Assembly: GCA_977030845.1 (NCBI GenBank)
Contig: OZ365112.1
Span: forward strand, 19,778,001 to 19,842,000
Source of the DNA: Fimbriosthenelais zetlandica
Lineage: Eukaryota
Length of the DNA stretch: 64,000 nucleotides
Reading direction: 5' to 3'
In this document: one piece after another, positions 62,542 through 64,000 of the stretch
Layout: every line of letters begins with the position of its first letter
Position numbering within the stretch: the stretch's first letter is position 1
Notes under the pieces: model-generated
What the model was told of the DNA's origin: nothing
Seen by the model: only the letters and a program-made list of their open reading frames with translations
The model's database searches: none
Program-made: the position numbers and the translations under genes

Positions 62542-64000
62542 TATACAGAAAATATTCAAAACACAATTTCCTGCCTCTTCAATCACCGGATATTCACTGC
62601 CGGACTCCCAGGACCGAAATACATCACTGCCTCAGATTGGTTACTATTGGTCCGGGCGTCTTGTTTTTCTCACAAGTTAATCTAGTTGTGACTTTCCTAC
62701 TATATATAATATATAAGTTCAGTTGAAGTTTTCGGAAGATGTCGCAACTGTGTTAATTAAAGTAAACAATATATGAGGCAATTCCAGTCAAATCATTATC
62801 ATAAAGCGTCAAACCAGCCACAGTTCTCTGCAGATCCAATCTCCCAGTTTTTTCTTATAAAGAAAGTATCCAATCTGAACTCGGCCTGAAATCAGCCTCA
62901 AAGTCTCAAGTATGGCTCTAGGAAATGAGACTGCCAATCCTGTTCCTCTTTTTTGGCCCCATAGCTCGTCAGCATTGAGAAAAAGCATGGCATTTACATT
63001 TTGTTGGTAGAGTCGTCGGTCTATTAGGCATATATTATAGTTGATGATGGTCAGTGAAGTGAGTAGGTGTTCTGTTACGTCTTTGACAGCTTGACATGCA
63101 ACAAAAAGAGGGATCTGTGCATTGCGCTTCCCCGTCTAGGAGTATACCAGGCAGGATTTACCCCCAATTACCGTACCACCAATGTTCACCAGCTCTTTAA
63201 TCACATTACACGAGCAGAGGGTGAGGAGCAGGAACGAGCAGTTGAGGTTATTGCTCGGACCTGCTCTGACATTGTGGACATAATCGATGTGTTCAATTTA
63301 TAAAGGCCATCATCATTGGGCACTTCTCCTGCCTCCTCCAATGAGGCAGATTGATCCGCCGGTATTGATCTACTACCTGGTTGGTAGGGGAAACATTGAG
63401 GATGGCGAAAAAAAGCTTTTCAAACGTGTGGGATGACACTGTCTGAAACTTCGGACTCTGCTTCCCTAACCACAGTGCCTTTCTACTTTTTCTCTTCTAC
63501 CCTGCAGATTTAAATTATGTTCCCCATTTCAGATGAGTTAATTACATTTTCCTCCTTATCAGGTACATACCTTTTATTATTTGTGACCACTGCGTATATA
63601 TACTGCCTATATTTCTCAGGAGGCCAGCCCTTTCCCAGTTGTGTCTTCTTCCTACATCATCCAGCACCTACTTTCTAACACCCCCCCCCCCCTCCCCCCC
63701 CCCCCCCCCCCCGCCGACCACCTCCCCGCATCCTTCCTGCTCCTGCATCCCCCATTATCAGTCTGAACATAACTTGTCTTTCATTTGACACTGGAGAAGA
63801 CCCAGGAGGGGTGCAGCATTCAGCACAAAAGGGATGGGCGTTTCTCATAAAAAGGAATGAACTATGCCATCCATAGCCGCTTCCTCCGATCCTTCCAGAG
63901 TCGTTCACGCTTCGCTTAGGTTGTTCCAAGCACAAATGAAAAAAATCTCTGGTTAGAGCACAATTTAAGCCATTGTCACGGATACAAACCAATCATGAAA

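Noticed and set aside
62350-62586. ORF with an IYIYIY tract
   Set aside because: Artefact of the (AT)n microsatellite.
60128-64000. SMURF exon 5 (expected YQRLDL...)
   Set aside because: No phase-1 acceptor followed by that sequence was found; the exon is presumably beyond the window.

Overview
Eukaryotic animal genomic DNA, AT-rich (roughly 36-38% GC by eye) and intron-rich. It is probably from an invertebrate deuterostome such as an echinoderm; this is an inference from the IRF1/2 and SMURF sequences and the TAGGCCTA/TACATGTA enrichment. Four spliced protein-coding genes were reconstructed by hand with phase-consistent GT-AG junctions. (1) Claudin/PMP22-superfamily gene B, minus strand, 4 coding exons, 253 aa. 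(2) Claudin/PMP22-superfamily gene A, minus strand, 304 aa from the Met before TM1, or 429 aa with a probable N-terminal extension. (3) An IRF1/IRF2-like transcription factor, plus strand, 9 coding exons, 588 aa. (4) The first four coding exons (C2 domain) of a SMURF1/2 HECT E3 ligase, which runs off the right end. There are also a decayed pogo/Tigger-like transposase, two minisatellites (27 and 29 bp units), microsatellites and long poly-G/C runs. The most interesting candidate system is inferred from motifs, not demonstrated. The IRF gene has kB and GAS sites in its promoter and first intron, its protein carries two canonical beta-TrCP (DSGxxS) degrons, and its likely poly(A) signal sits about 110 bp upstream of an IRF-element-like tract in the putative SMURF promoter. 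Together these suggest a locus-encoded innate-immune feedback module. Most short ORFs in the supplied track are intronic noise. No rRNA, tRNA or CRISPR array was found.
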